From a virus (taxonomy: Duplodnaviria; Caudoviricetes), in IMG/VR virus record IMGVR_UViG_3300042975_000100, positions 64,001 to 128,000 of that record: a stretch of 64,000 bases of DNA; one strand, given 5' to 3'. The translations under genes and the position numbers were made by a program. Shown one piece after another: positions 28,448 to 39,279 of the stretch. Within the stretch, counting starts at the first letter, position 1. Each line of letters starts with the position of its first letter. A model generated the notes under the pieces. It did no database searches and was not told the origin of the DNA. It worked only from the letters and a program-made list of their open reading frames with translations.

Positions 28448-30772
28448 TTAGAACCCTGCCGGCCTCGGCATAGATTCCCACAGAACTTCTGGAGTAACTA
28501 TTCTACAGGTCTTTGTATTGATCTTGGAAAGCTTGCTGGATTGAAATCCTACGTATGGAACTACAAGGATATCTGTCTTCTTAGTGACACCTTTCTCTCC
28601 AGATGCATCGAACGTTCCAAGAGCGTTCAATGCCTCGACCAATTTAGAGTCTCTGCAGCCAGTAAATCGTACAATGACTTTGGCTGTATAATCTCCATAT
28701 GATCTTTGAATATTATCCATACATGCGATGGTTTTAAGATCATCCATGAACGCCTTGCGCTCATTTACAACGGTTAATGCTGCTGTTTCCCCAATACCTT
28801 TGATAGTCATCAAGGCGTTGTAAAGTTCATTCTCTTCTGCATCCATGATATACTCTAAGGATACATCCTTAAGAATAAGCTTCCATTTCTCTGCACTAAG
28901 ATTAGAGAAACCAAGCGCGCCTATTACCCGATTATCAGGATAAGGCTTTGTTTTCAGCTCTTCTACCCGTGCAAAGAATTTCTTCGTCATAACCTCACCG
29001 ATTACCGCACATGCCTTATCATAATCCAGATTGAAAAGATCACTAAACGATCTGAGATTCAATGATACTACATATGCCTCGCCAAAGTCCTTGAAGTTAA
29101 GTTTCTTAAGCATGTTAGTTACACGCTTAACCATACGTCCATCACAATCCATATTAGGACAATATGCTGTATCTCCAGTATCTGATACCATTAAGGATGT
29201 CCCACATACTGGACATACTTCAGGAAATGGAATCTTAGGTCCTTTTGGTATTGCATTCTCTGCTATATTAGGCTTGGTAAGATACACGATTACATCATGC
29301 CTATACTCAAGCTCTACAACGTCACCGATATGCAGATCCATCTGGTTAAATTTCTTAAACGAATGAATCGTAGTTTTCGGATGAATAGTACCAAAGAACT
29401 CTACTGGATTGAAATACGCCATTGGTGTGATGCTACCATCCTGTCCTACGGTGAATTCACAACCGGTAATAATGCTTCTCTTCTTCATAGCTGAGAACTT
29501 GATCGCAATAGCCCATTTGTTTACAGAGTTGATTCGTCCCAATGCCTGCTTAGCAATCGGATTAGTATACTCAATAACTACTCCATCATACATAAATGGA
29601 ATATAGGGCCTCATTGCTTCTGCTTCTTTAGCAAACTTACTTACCATATACAATCTATTCATATAATCCCCATGAATCATTGCATACCGCAAGTCTACAC
29701 CAGAGCTATAATACTTATTCAAGAAATTGATCTCTACCTCTCTATCAATTCCAAGACCTCCAGTACAGATTGGTACAAGCGTCATATAGTCTCTGAATCT
29801 TCTGGCATCATCTCTACCGGTTAACCCGATAATAGCTGTTCTACCATTTACATAAGTCATACCGGTATCCGCAGCAAGCTTATTGAGCATAGGGAATGTG
29901 ATGATGCATTCGAATTTAATACCGAATACCATCTTATCATTTATCTCTGGATAACCACAAGCTCTTTGGAATACATAGCCTCCAAAGATATGCGTCAAAT
30001 CCTGAGCCTCATCATTTCCCGTATCTCCTCTCGACCTTGCAGATACAATCTTGTTACCCTGGATCTGGGCTTCAACAGAAATACCATCATACTTCAAAGT
30101 CGCACACATATCAGGGAAGTCGAATCCCATCTGACGATGAGCCATCATAAAGTCTCTTTCAAAGATAGCTACTTTTTGTTGACTATCATTAGGATCTACT
30201 CCATGCATAACTGCATCATTGATAAGGGTAAACTTACATTTGTCAAGCGTACCAACTAACTCTGGATACTCGTGTGCAACCGCTCTGCCCTTTTTGTTAG
30301 GCTTATCATAGTGCTGTACATCTTGTACTTCGAAGTCGCTAGCACGAACGTTAAATGTATTCCCAGTGATATTCTTGAAGAAGAATCCATCCGTATCAGC
30401 TAAATGCATAGCTGTAACCTTTCCAGTTACATGCTGTTCATAGCTGTCAGGACCTGCAGCCTTTCTCTGCGGGAATACTACCGGTGTTGCTCCTACAGGA
30501 GACATACCACCCGTAACTTTGTTATACTTCGTTACGGCTAAATCATACACTCCATCTTCTAATGGAAGCATAGTTCGATCTGTATTATTGTACAGGATAT
30601 TTGAGATAACCAGTACATCATACATATCTTTTGTCATTTGTTCCGTTGGCTCTGAATTTATAAAATTCATAGTCAATTCATTAAGGTAAGAACTTAGCTG
30701 AGGAGTAATCATCCGTAAAGATGCTTTCTCTAAATCAGCTATAACCTCCTTAAGATTTATATTCACTTTCAT
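28448..30772 (-). CDS. ligA: NAD-dependent DNA ligase
   Basis: KYDG adenylation motif, SRGD, DGVVI, AIAIKF, OB domain, CPVC..C..C zinc finger, HhH, BRCT. Confidence 0.93.
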   Translation of the reverse strand: MKVNINLKEVIADLEKASLRMITPQLSSYLNELTMNFINSEPTEQMTKDMYDVLVISNILYNNTDRTMLPLEDGVYDLAVTKYNKVTGGMSPVGATPVVFPQRKAAGPDSYEQHVTGKVTAMHLADTDGFFFKNITGNTFNVRASDFEVQDVQHYDKPNKKGRAVAHEYPELVGTLDKCKFTLINDAVMHGVDPNDSQQKVAIFERDFMMAHRQMGFDFPDMCATLKYDGISVEAQIQGNKIVSARSRGDTGNDEAQDLTHIFGGYVFQRACGYPEINDKMVFGIKFECIITFPMLNKLAADTGMTYVNGRTAIIGLTGRDDARRFRDYMTLVPICTGGLGIDREVEINFLNKYYSSGVDLRYAMIHGDYMNRLYMVSKFAKEAEAMRPYIPFMYDGVVIEYTNPIAKQALGRINSVNKWAIAIKFSAMKKRSIITGCEFTVGQDGSITPMAYFNPVEFFGTIHPKTTIHSFKKFNQMDLHIGDVVELEYRHDVIVYLTKPNIAENAIPKGPKIPFPEVCPVCGTSLMVSDTGDTAYCPNMDCDGRMVKRVTNMLKKLNFKDFGEAYVVSLNLRSFSDLFNLDYDKACAVIGEVMTKKFFARVEELKTKPYPDNRVIGALGFSNLSAEKWKLILKDVSLEYIMDAEENELYNALMTIKGIGETAALTVVNERKAFMDDLKTIACMDNIQRSYGDYTAKVIVRFTGCRDSKLVEALNALGTFDASGEKGVTKKTDILVVPYVGFQSSKLSKINTKTCRIVTPEVLWESMPRPAGF

Positions 30773-30839
30773 CACCTCATGAATATAATATATACTTGCA
30801 AAAAATAATAGAGGGCTGATTATACAGCCCTCCATATTT

Positions 30840-33374
30840 TTATTCCTTATCCAGGTTCCCCTTCAATGGGAGATTAGGATTAACGAGCCTCATTACACGT
30901 TCTTTGATTACTCTCTGCTTACGAACTGGCACCTCGGAGTTGATAAGCTTAGTTACATCCTTAGTTGTAAGCTCTCCAATCATCTCCTTGATAGCTTCCT
31001 TCTCACGAAGGTCATCCATGATATGAGTAATTTCAGAAGCATTCTTCATAATCTCTTCGGAATGAAGAACCTCATGCCGAATATCTTCTGGGAATGAATT
31101 GATTACCATTGCAGTGCGTGGATCTACAAGAGTCATAGCTCTCATCTTATTACGAGAACCAGATTTCTTATGATCAATCCTCTTCTTTGCAAGCTCTTTG
31201 ATCTTATCTTTCAGTCGTGGATCTACAAGAGTCATTGCTACACACTTTCTCCGATTATCAATCAGAGTCATTACAACCTGCTTGACCTTGTTACGCACTT
31301 TAAGCTTTTTGATAAAGTCAAATCGTAATCCGATTTCCTTAAGATAAACATCAACCTTCTCTACTTGTCGAGAAGTAGCATCATGAGGAATACGTACATT
31401 GCGCTGGAATGGATCACCAACCAAAAGTGTTTCGAACATACGTCTACCCTGTGGAGATGCAGACAGAAGCATCAATGTTTCAATCAACGTTTCTGCGTTA
31501 GAATGCATCATATCAAGAAACTCCATTTCACCAAAGCGTACTGGAGTGGTCGCATGCGCTGCTTTATGAAACTTATTTGCTTTGCTCTTTGTATTCTCGC
31601 TTCTGATATTCGTAGATGCCAGAGATACAGAAGAGAACTTCTCTTCAGCAAACTGCTTCAAACGCTGCGTATATTTCTTACCTACGATGATTTTGCGTCT
31701 AGCTTTAATCTGCCGCAATCCTCCACGGGAATTCTGTACAGTAACATAGAGATCTGACTGCTCAATCCATGGGAATGCTTCATACATCTCTCTGATCATA
31801 TCGATAGACATGCCAGAAGACATCGGAGGCATACACATATAGATTGCTCCATCATTGACGATAGAATCAAGATACTGTGTTCTTACATCAATTCCATTGT
31901 AATTACAGAAATCTTGATACTCTCTTGCCTGTTCCTTATTGAAGATATTCATATAAGTGAACAGCATGTTCTCGCACTGTCCGATTATACCCTGATCATC
32001 ATAAGATCCATGAGAATAAGCTTCAGTAAGAATATTACCGATGCGTTCAATGATCTTAGAGCCACCATAGGTCATCTCTGTTTCCATAGACTGACCCGGA
32101 TTTTCTCGGTTTACGATAGTGCTACTATTATAGATAGCATCTACTGGCTCAAGAATGATCTCACCACCACGATTGACCGGATACTGCGGCATTCTATCAT
32201 CTGGATAGATAGCTGATACAACGCCTTTACCGCCGTATCTATCAGTAATCTTATCTCCTACATGAATAGGGATGGTGATCATCGTAGTGATATTCAGATA
32301 GATATTGCTAAATACCTTATCGGAGATTGTCTGCTTGCCCTGAATAGTCCAGAGACACTGATAATACAGCTTCTCAGCTTCATAAGTCATCGGAACTTTC
32401 TTATCAACAAACGGCTGCATAGATTTTACGATATTAGCACAATACTCGAGCTTCATATCATAATAGTGGCTGATCTGCTGATTGTAGAGACTCGACTTGA
32501 GCTTTTCAGGATTGTTGCAAAACACATCGATATCGATAACTTTTCCTTTGAGCATGTATTTGTCATCGGAAATCATCATCTCTTTCAAATGATCACAGCT
32601 CTGCGAATACAGTGCTTCATCTTCTTTTCTTTCTCTACGTACTGCACAAAGAAATCCATTCTGAATCTCTTCACCAATATCAGGGAATGTTTTATAATGC
32701 TCATTATCTCCATACAGATTCAATAGGATATCATTATCATTGATCTGGAAAGATGTCGAATCGAACAATGGAGCATTGAATCGTTTTGCTGCTGACTCAG
32801 ATAATACGATCGGATCTTCTGTTGTGATAGCAAGAGCCATATAGATCGTAGTCAAGTTTACGCCACAGCATTTGTTATTGGCTTCATCAAATGAATTAGC
32901 CTTAACAATAGGAGTGTCTTTTGGAATTACATCTCCTACATTCACTACGTCGAGTGTATCCGTATTCATGCTGTATCCATAACTCTCTGAGATATGACGA
33001 TAATCTACCCGATTAATGATATCAAGTTTGTTATTCTTTGAATCCAGGCAGATGAGTGTGAAGTTCGCCGACTTCACGTTATAGTTCGTATTGTACTTAG
33101 GAATCTTATCGATGACGATCAGGTCCGCCTCGGCTTGCGCGAACGTAGAACTCATTGTACCAAATTGTGTTTCATACCCAGTCATAATGATTGGGGTTTC
33201 TGCACTTTGCAACTGCATGGTCTGATCAGTCTGAATACCTTGCATAATCTTTCTTGAACCAGAGTTACAGTTGTTGAACGGCTGCAGTAAACCTTTGCCT
33301 AATGCATACTCTTGTGCCGGGAGTTCATTTTCAATCTCCTGACATGTGCTCATGATATTAAGTTTTCCTGCCAT
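30840..33374 (-). CDS. Phage RNA polymerase beta-like subunit, C-terminal half (probably non-virion RNAP), with motif-rich tail
   Basis: LLQPF..NSGSRKIM..Q, GVN..EDPIV, GDKITDRYGGKG, NRENPG, Y..RLKQ, RFGEME. Confidence 0.9.
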   Translation of the reverse strand: MAGKLNIMSTCQEIENELPAQEYALGKGLLQPFNNCNSGSRKIMQGIQTDQTMQLQSAETPIIMTGYETQFGTMSSTFAQAEADLIVIDKIPKYNTNYNVKSANFTLICLDSKNNKLDIINRVDYRHISESYGYSMNTDTLDVVNVGDVIPKDTPIVKANSFDEANNKCCGVNLTTIYMALAITTEDPIVLSESAAKRFNAPLFDSTSFQINDNDILLNLYGDNEHYKTFPDIGEEIQNGFLCAVRRERKEDEALYSQSCDHLKEMMISDDKYMLKGKVIDIDVFCNNPEKLKSSLYNQQISHYYDMKLEYCANIVKSMQPFVDKKVPMTYEAEKLYYQCLWTIQGKQTISDKVFSNIYLNITTMITIPIHVGDKITDRYGGKGVVSAIYPDDRMPQYPVNRGGEIILEPVDAIYNSSTIVNRENPGQSMETEMTYGGSKIIERIGNILTEAYSHGSYDDQGIIGQCENMLFTYMNIFNKEQAREYQDFCNYNGIDVRTQYLDSIVNDGAIYMCMPPMSSGMSIDMIREMYEAFPWIEQSDLYVTVQNSRGGLRQIKARRKIIVGKKYTQRLKQFAEEKFSSVSLASTNIRSENTKSKANKFHKAAHATTPVRFGEMEFLDMMHSNAETLIETLMLLSASPQGRRMFETLLVGDPFQRNVRIPHDATSRQVEKVDVYLKEIGLRFDFIKKLKVRNKVKQVVMTLIDNRRKCVAMTLVDPRLKDKIKELAKKRIDHKKSGSRNKMRAMTLVDPRTAMVINSFPEDIRHEVLHSEEIMKNASEITHIMDDLREKEAIKEMIGELTTKDVTKLINSEVPVRKQRVIKERVMRLVNPNLPLKGNLDKE

Positions 33375-33481
33375 TAAAGAAATCCTCCTTAAACTGTTTC
33401 GACTTTCATATTTATAATATATGATCAAATAGCCATTTAGAGAAAATATGCCAGATAGAACTAAGTCTATCTGGCAATTGA

Positions 33482-34750
33482 TTAAATCTCTTCTGCGTTA
33501 TTCTCTACAGATGGTACCTGATTCATGCAGAGGTCGTACAGATTACTCATAATCTTTTTCTCCTTGGCAAAGTCTGCATTAGAAGCCTTAGGAATCTTGA
33601 CGAGTTCTTCACTAACTGCTTTATCAAACCGCATTCTGAACTCCTCATTGCTAAGATACTTGTCTTTGAAATTACCCATGGAGAACTTCACATCAGTAAA
33701 GTCGTCCACATACATTCCGACACCGCTACCCTTGATACGGTTAGTCTTCTCCTTCATGAATACAAAGGTAGAGAGTAACGGATCAAATCCAGTCACATAG
33801 TCAAAGACCATAGTAACTGCCTGATGCGGTCTAGAACTACGAGTTTTCTCAAAGTATACATCTACCATAGCACCAGCGATCTTATACTTTTCATCCTCTT
33901 TGAGCTTCTTGTTATCAACAAAACGCATGATGGTATTGGATAACAAAACGAGCGTATCTCCACGAGGAAGTCTCTCATCTGGAGACAAGAACGGAAGCTG
34001 ACTACGCTTATGCATCATCGGATTAGCATTGATCTGCTGCATGATATGGTTTACAGCAAATACAATGATATTAGCAGATTTGATCATTGGAATGATCGTA
34101 CGAAGAATCTGCGTAACAACCTTTGCAGCAGCCGTCGTACTCATCTGCCCAGACAACTCTTCTTCCGATGCATACTTCTCAGGCATCAGCATAGCAATAG
34201 AGTCGATGATATAGATGGTAGGTTCAAACTCGATAATTGGATTTCCGAAGTTATCAAGCTTACCAGTATCATACTGATACTTTTCAGGATTCTCGAGCTT
34301 CATATCATGAATCTCTTTAATACGGCGATAGAAATTCTCTGCCGTAATACCACGATCTCGTGAGATTATACGTTCTTTAAGCGTCTCCTCTGGCACTCCT
34401 ACTACATTCGAGATACGAGGCCAATCGATTCCTGCCTCTGTATTATCTGCGAAGATAGAAGCATTCTCGAATGGTGCGATCATATTCCATGCGAACTGCC
34501 ACATACCGGTGGTTTTACCGCTCTGAGATCTACCAATAACGGAGTTGAAACTTCCGTTGGTGATACCTACAGAGAAGTAGTTGAAATCCATTCCTTTTTC
34601 TGTATTCTTTACATGAACGATCTGTCCATTAGTAAAGTCAAGAACCGGAAAACCGGTTGGATATCCGACATACGTCTGCGCTTCACGTTGCATATCGATA
34701 TCTTTATCTTTGAGCATCTTTTCTCTAAACTGTGTTGCAAGTAATGACAT
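33482..34750 (-). CDS. recA: RecA/UvsX-like recombinase
   Basis: GRSQSGKTT Walker A, IIDSIA Walker B, VNHI, KTR. Confidence 0.8.
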   Translation of the reverse strand: MSLLATQFREKMLKDKDIDMQREAQTYVGYPTGFPVLDFTNGQIVHVKNTEKGMDFNYFSVGITNGSFNSVIGRSQSGKTTGMWQFAWNMIAPFENASIFADNTEAGIDWPRISNVVGVPEETLKERIISRDRGITAENFYRRIKEIHDMKLENPEKYQYDTGKLDNFGNPIIEFEPTIYIIDSIAMLMPEKYASEEELSGQMSTTAAAKVVTQILRTIIPMIKSANIIVFAVNHIMQQINANPMMHKRSQLPFLSPDERLPRGDTLVLLSNTIMRFVDNKKLKEDEKYKIAGAMVDVYFEKTRSSRPHQAVTMVFDYVTGFDPLLSTFVFMKEKTNRIKGSGVGMYVDDFTDVKFSMGNFKDKYLSNEEFRMRFDKAVSEELVKIPKASNADFAKEKKIMSNLYDLCMNQVPSVENNAEEI

Positions 34751-34837
34751 ATTCTTATCCCTCCATACTGTGGTTAATTAGAAGTTAAAGGTCGAGTAAA
34801 AAAAAAATAAAGAGGAGGGAAATTCCCTCCTCGATAT

Positions 34838-35734
34838 TTATGGTAACACTACAGGTTCATCAAAGCCCTCAAGCTGCTCAACCAATACCGGAATCTTACG
34901 AAACAGATTGATCGGTAAGTTATGGAAACTGAACTTTGTATATCTACTGTCGAATCCGAATTCCATTCCAAATTGTTCCGAAATAGACATCAGATACTGA
35001 GTGATATTCTGAGCAGGGATGGATTCCAAGATGAACAATACAGCCCATCCAATATTCTCATCCACCTCAATCATATCCTTAGTTACCCAATACTCATCAG
35101 CATCGATCGCTTTCTTTATTTCAGTATCGAAAACTGTTGCCGATAAGAGATTAGATAAGACGTTATGATACAAAGCTCCATAGATATCCACGAATTTCTG
35201 TACAGTATAGAACTTAGGGGATGGAGCACTGAATGTAGTCAATGCGAAGTTCACTCTCCTAATGTTCAATGTCATATCCTGGCTAGACGTATTGCATAAG
35301 CCGGCATAAATAGCCGTACTAGGTTCTACACCTTTGCCAAGAAGCTGATTAACCGTATACCGATTCAACGTTTCTGCCAAGATATACATTAACTTTTTCT
35401 TATAATCTGTCAATGTAGCCGTACTCAGCATTTCGTACAGAATAGAATTGCATGTGATAAGCTCACTACAATCAAGCTGGACTTCATGACAGACCTGCTG
35501 CAATGCTGTCAGAAACTTAACGTGCTGGAATGCGAATTTGTATTCCTTAGTTTCAAACAGGTTGTGGACATTCTTCTCCACAAATTCATAAGCAGCTTTA
35601 TCCTCCATGGATTCGATATTGCGAAGACCACGCATGATATCGTTTTTCATCTCGTATTCATTCGGAAACTTCGGAAGGATTTCTTCTTTCTTAGCTTCTT
35701 CTGGCCTTACGATTTGATCAAGCTTATCCAACAT
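34838..35734 (-). CDS. Hypothetical protein downstream of the tubulin gene
   Basis: 298-aa ORF, GGAGG RBS. Confidence 0.65.
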   Translation of the reverse strand: MLDKLDQIVRPEEAKKEEILPKFPNEYEMKNDIMRGLRNIESMEDKAAYEFVEKNVHNLFETKEYKFAFQHVKFLTALQQVCHEVQLDCSELITCNSILYEMLSTATLTDYKKKLMYILAETLNRYTVNQLLGKGVEPSTAIYAGLCNTSSQDMTLNIRRVNFALTTFSAPSPKFYTVQKFVDIYGALYHNVLSNLLSATVFDTEIKKAIDADEYWVTKDMIEVDENIGWAVLFILESIPAQNITQYLMSISEQFGMEFGFDSRYTKFSFHNLPINLFRKIPVLVEQLEGFDEPVVLP

Positions 35735-35746
35735 ACAAATTCCTCC

Positions 35747-36934
35747 TTAGTAATTATCCTTTGCGGAAGGAGTCCTTACTGTAATATTCTGGGCCGTACC
35801 AGAAGCCGTCTTTACCGGCTCTACCTTCTGCACTTTCGCAAAGAACATGTTACGCTTCTTCGCAATGTCTTCCGGAGAGCTCTGCGGACGCTTCATATCG
35901 AAACTGCCAACATTCGTATCGAAGCTTTTACGGAAGAAGTCATCATTACCCTTATTGACTTTCTCAATACGAGCCATGAATTCATTGTAAACTTCTTCGA
36001 TCTCCTCTACTGGCATATCAAGTCCGGATACAACGACAAACAGCTCTTCGTCATCGAATACATCCTCTACATGCGTAAAGAATTCGATCGTCTCGCCAAA
36101 GCGCTGCTTCAGCACATCAAAGCTCCAATCGATTGCATCTTTGGTCTTATTCTTGATATTGAGAATAACACCAATACGCTGGCAGGATGCCGTAACATCC
36201 AGAGACTTAGAGTTATCAAGTCCCTCAGAGAGAACCTTATTGAAATCCTTCGGATTCTTGATCTTTCCGAGTTTGATATTCTCAATCGTCATGAAGCCGG
36301 CAGTAGTCGTCAGCTTCAGAAGATCTGTATCATCGATGTTCTGCTCTACAGACTCAACGATGTTCTTACCGATCAACGTACGAACTCTCATGGAGAACTC
36401 GTCATTTGCCATTTCCTGAGCTTTGAGTTTATTTCCAAAGCTATCATCCAGGAACTTCTTATTGGAGATTGCCTCTACCATGAACTCCGGAGAGAGTTCC
36501 TTGAACCAATCTACCGTGTTTTTCAATCCACGGGCATCATCTTCGAAGCCAGTGAATCCAAAGAGATGTACGTCAACTCCAAGAATCTCTTTGAAGTATT
36601 TTGCCATCACTACGGACATTCCAGAACCAGTACCGCCTTCAGTGCTTGTAGCAATGATGACGAACTTATCCTGCTCAGTCATGATCGTATCCAGTGAGAT
36701 TGCATTGTTGCGAAGGGAATCCATGATCATCTCATTTGCGATTCCACGCTCTTTACCACAACCCTGGAACTTACCCTGCACCTGGATTGCAATGTCCTTA
36801 TATTCCGTCGGCACATCTTTCAATGTGCTATTGAGGAGAATGATATCATCACGCGATACCACCTGATCCTCTACCAGTTTAATAGCAGCCTTATTACCTG
36901 CTGCTCCAACACCAATAACCTTTACACTTAACAT
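35747..36934 (-). CDS. FtsZ/tubulin-family GTPase (PhuZ/TubZ-like)
   Basis: VIGVGAAGNKAA, GCGKER, EGGTGSG signature, T7-like NIDDTD. Confidence 0.88.
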   Translation of the reverse strand: MLSVKVIGVGAAGNKAAIKLVEDQVVSRDDIILLNSTLKDVPTEYKDIAIQVQGKFQGCGKERGIANEMIMDSLRNNAISLDTIMTEQDKFVIIATSTEGGTGSGMSVVMAKYFKEILGVDVHLFGFTGFEDDARGLKNTVDWFKELSPEFMVEAISNKKFLDDSFGNKLKAQEMANDEFSMRVRTLIGKNIVESVEQNIDDTDLLKLTTTAGFMTIENIKLGKIKNPKDFNKVLSEGLDNSKSLDVTASCQRIGVILNIKNKTKDAIDWSFDVLKQRFGETIEFFTHVEDVFDDEELFVVVSGLDMPVEEIEEVYNEFMARIEKVNKGNDDFFRKSFDTNVGSFDMKRPQSSPEDIAKKRNMFFAKVQKVEPVKTASGTAQNITVRTPSAKDNY

Positions 36935-37058
36935 TGTTTGTTTCCTCCTTCATATTCATAAACCTACTAGTTTGGATATGATTACTAATAGGTTGTAGAC
37001 TAAGTACAAAATTAGTGGAGAAGGGAATTAACCCTTCTCCGCTATTTTAACTACAGCC

Positions 37059-37793
37059 TTACAGCATCTGGGTAGATGCACAAGCAATCTTTTCGATGTT
37101 TCCCTCCCAACTCGGGTCCGTGGCATAATTAGCAGCTTGCATCTGCTCTAGCGTTCTATAACCATGGTCATAGAAATTACGCTTAATCCAATGAGCACCT
37201 GCAATTATACCTTCATCTACTGAATCTCCCATTGAATATGCCCGGTTCGGGTTATTATCAACGGCATTGATCCCGTAGTAGTTATGACGATCTTGCGCCA
37301 TTTCTGAATTTCCCCATGAGCTTTCCAAGGCGGCATGAGCCATCAGATAAATAGGGTTAAGCCCTGTCTCCTTAGCAGCCTCGACGAACGTGGCACCTTT
37401 ACCCTTAAAACGAGTCCCGTTTTTCATATGGGTAGACCACTTGTCGATGATATCGTCCATATCTTTTGCGCTAAGTTCAATATTCGCCCCCAGATCAGTC
37501 TGGCGGTCGAATCCCTTTTGCACCAAATTGTTCACCGCAACCTGATGTCTTTTTTCTTTCTCGAGTCTCTGTTGCTCGAGTTTTTGCAGTTCTTCCTGCT
37601 GGGATTTGATTTCCTCAAGGTTATTGAGGATCTGTTTTTCCGCTTTGTCCCGTTCTTCCAGTTGCTGTTCGATGTTGTACATTCTATCATTGGTCTGCTG
37701 AATTTTAACAGACGTAAAGAAGGATGCTACTACCACCAGAACCAGCATCACTGCGATAATTCCCCACTCTTTCTTGTTGAAAACTTTACTCAT
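37059..37793 (-). CDS. Membrane-anchored GH73 glucosaminidase (peptidoglycan hydrolase)
   Basis: N-terminal TM + coiled coil; AHAALESSWG, NYYGINA, YATDPSW. Confidence 0.85.
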   Translation of the reverse strand: MSKVFNKKEWGIIAVMLVLVVVASFFTSVKIQQTNDRMYNIEQQLEERDKAEKQILNNLEEIKSQQEELQKLEQQRLEKEKRHQVAVNNLVQKGFDRQTDLGANIELSAKDMDDIIDKWSTHMKNGTRFKGKGATFVEAAKETGLNPIYLMAHAALESSWGNSEMAQDRHNYYGINAVDNNPNRAYSMGDSVDEGIIAGAHWIKRNFYDHGYRTLEQMQAANYATDPSWEGNIEKIACASTQML

Positions 37794-37902
37794 TGACTTT
37801 TCCTCCTCAATTTTGCAACGATGAATTTAGGAGGGATAACCAATACTTCTCAGAGGTCATCCCTCTTAGTTCATTTCGCTACTTTTGATTCGAGATAACG
37901 GC

Positions 37903-38049
37903 TTACTTTTTCTGGCCGTTTTCTTCTTTCTTGCGGCGCTCTTCGTCGCTTTTCAAAGTAGCCTGATCCTGCTTTCCAAGTACGTCAAATCCAAGGCCGA
38001 GATCACCGGTCTCATGGATAACTCCATACTGTCCATTCTGCTCAGGCAT
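37903..38049 (-). CDS. Small hypothetical protein (MPEQNGQY...)
   Basis: GGAGG RBS and AACT-N6-TA motif upstream. Confidence 0.55.
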   Translation of the reverse strand: MPEQNGQYGVIHETGDLGLGFDVLGKQDQATLKSDEERRKKEENGQKK

Positions 38050-38176
38050 AATATTTGCCTCCTTTCGATAGTTGATTATTGGGTAGTTGTTAAGGAAATC
38101 AATTCCTAATGCTACCCAACTCAATACTATAATATATTATTATTTTAGATAATAGAGCAAAATGGAGTTGATTCAC

Positions 38177-38440
38177 TTACGACTTGATGAATCGTAAGCT
38201 CAATAACGGAGTTATATCGGTTACAAGAGAATCGATATTCTTGTACAGAAACACATTGGAATCTTTGTCAAAGAGCTTTCTTTCCTCTTCAGACGTAGGG
38301 AATACAAATGCTTTACCACACATAGTACAAACATATCTTGTTGCACTATTAGGAACTACATGTCCTTTATGATCGCATGGTGCAACCCTCAGTATCTTAG
38401 AAAGACTCATATGAGCCATGTCCTTTTTTGAACAATTCAA
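38177..38440 (-). CDS. Small Cys/His protein
   Basis: CDH...CTMC. Confidence 0.55.
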   Translation of the reverse strand: MNCSKKDMAHMSLSKILRVAPCDHKGHVVPNSATRYVCTMCGKAFVFPTSEEERKLFDKDSNVFLYKNIDSLVTDITPLLSLRFIKS

Positions 38441-38505
38441 ACAATCATTCCTTTCTTAATTAAAAAGATATTCCCACTACCTGCAAGTGGTAGTGGGATA
38501 TTGTA

Positions 38506-39231
38506 TTACTGACGTTGCGTTTTACGCTCTTTGGATTTGAGTGTGCTTGGAAGATAATCTTCTTCATTAACCAGATTGCTATTAATCAATGCACCTAAGA
38601 GATACGAATTCAAAAGATTTCTTGAAAGCGAATCATCTACCGTTACATCTACATCACTCTGGCTAACCATTCCTACGGTATTGATCATACCATAGAATTC
38701 TGATTTAGCATTCATGGCATCTGCTCTATAAGTAGACAATTCTCTGATTGTCTCAGGGCAATCCATTACAGCTAAGCACTCCATCTCCCTGGAACTGGTA
38801 TTACCATTCTTATCTACATCAAGCAGCAATCCAGACTTCATATCTCGCTTACTGATATTTGTAGACATAGAATTCTTCTTAGCAATGAACTGCTTCACCT
38901 TCTTCATAGGTGAATAAATGACCAATGCTTCGTAGTTGGTACTAACCGGATCACCAGCCTTATTCTTATACAAGAATGGCATAGTAACCTTTTCCATTAA
39001 TGGAGCCTTAAGATTATCAAGAGCCTTGACGATCTGATCCATCTTTGGCTCTACCTCAAATAATCTTGTTTGGAACTTTATAGAGAAATCCTGTTTAAAG
39101 AATTCCATGAACTCTTTATCGTTCATCTTAGCAAATTTCTCTTTATAAAAATCACTGTTTTGCTCAGTTGGATCTAGAGTATCCAAGGTTTTGTAGATCA
39201 ATTCCTCGACCTGTTTCCTTGCCTTATTCAT
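38506..39231 (-). CDS. RNA polymerase beta-like C-terminal fragment (probably virion RNAP)
   Basis: KQFIAKKNSMS...RDMKSG...K...REMECL...IRELSTYRAD resembles the beta C-terminal region; GACA-N6-TA promoter. Confidence 0.7.
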   Translation of the reverse strand: MNKARKQVEELIYKTLDTLDPTEQNSDFYKEKFAKMNDKEFMEFFKQDFSIKFQTRLFEVEPKMDQIVKALDNLKAPLMEKVTMPFLYKNKAGDPVSTNYEALVIYSPMKKVKQFIAKKNSMSTNISKRDMKSGLLLDVDKNGNTSSREMECLAVMDCPETIRELSTYRADAMNAKSEFYGMINTVGMVSQSDVDVTVDDSLSRNLLNSYLLGALINSNLVNEEDYLPSTLKSKERKTQRQ

Positions 39232-39279
39232 AGCGATATCACTCCTCTTTACCCAAATGTCTCAAACAGTAATCTTTAC

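Noticed and set aside
35486-36697. Long antisense ORFs (e.g. 403 aa opposite the tubulin gene, 301 aa opposite gyrA)
   Set aside because: Shadow frames of codon-biased real genes; no RBS or motifs.
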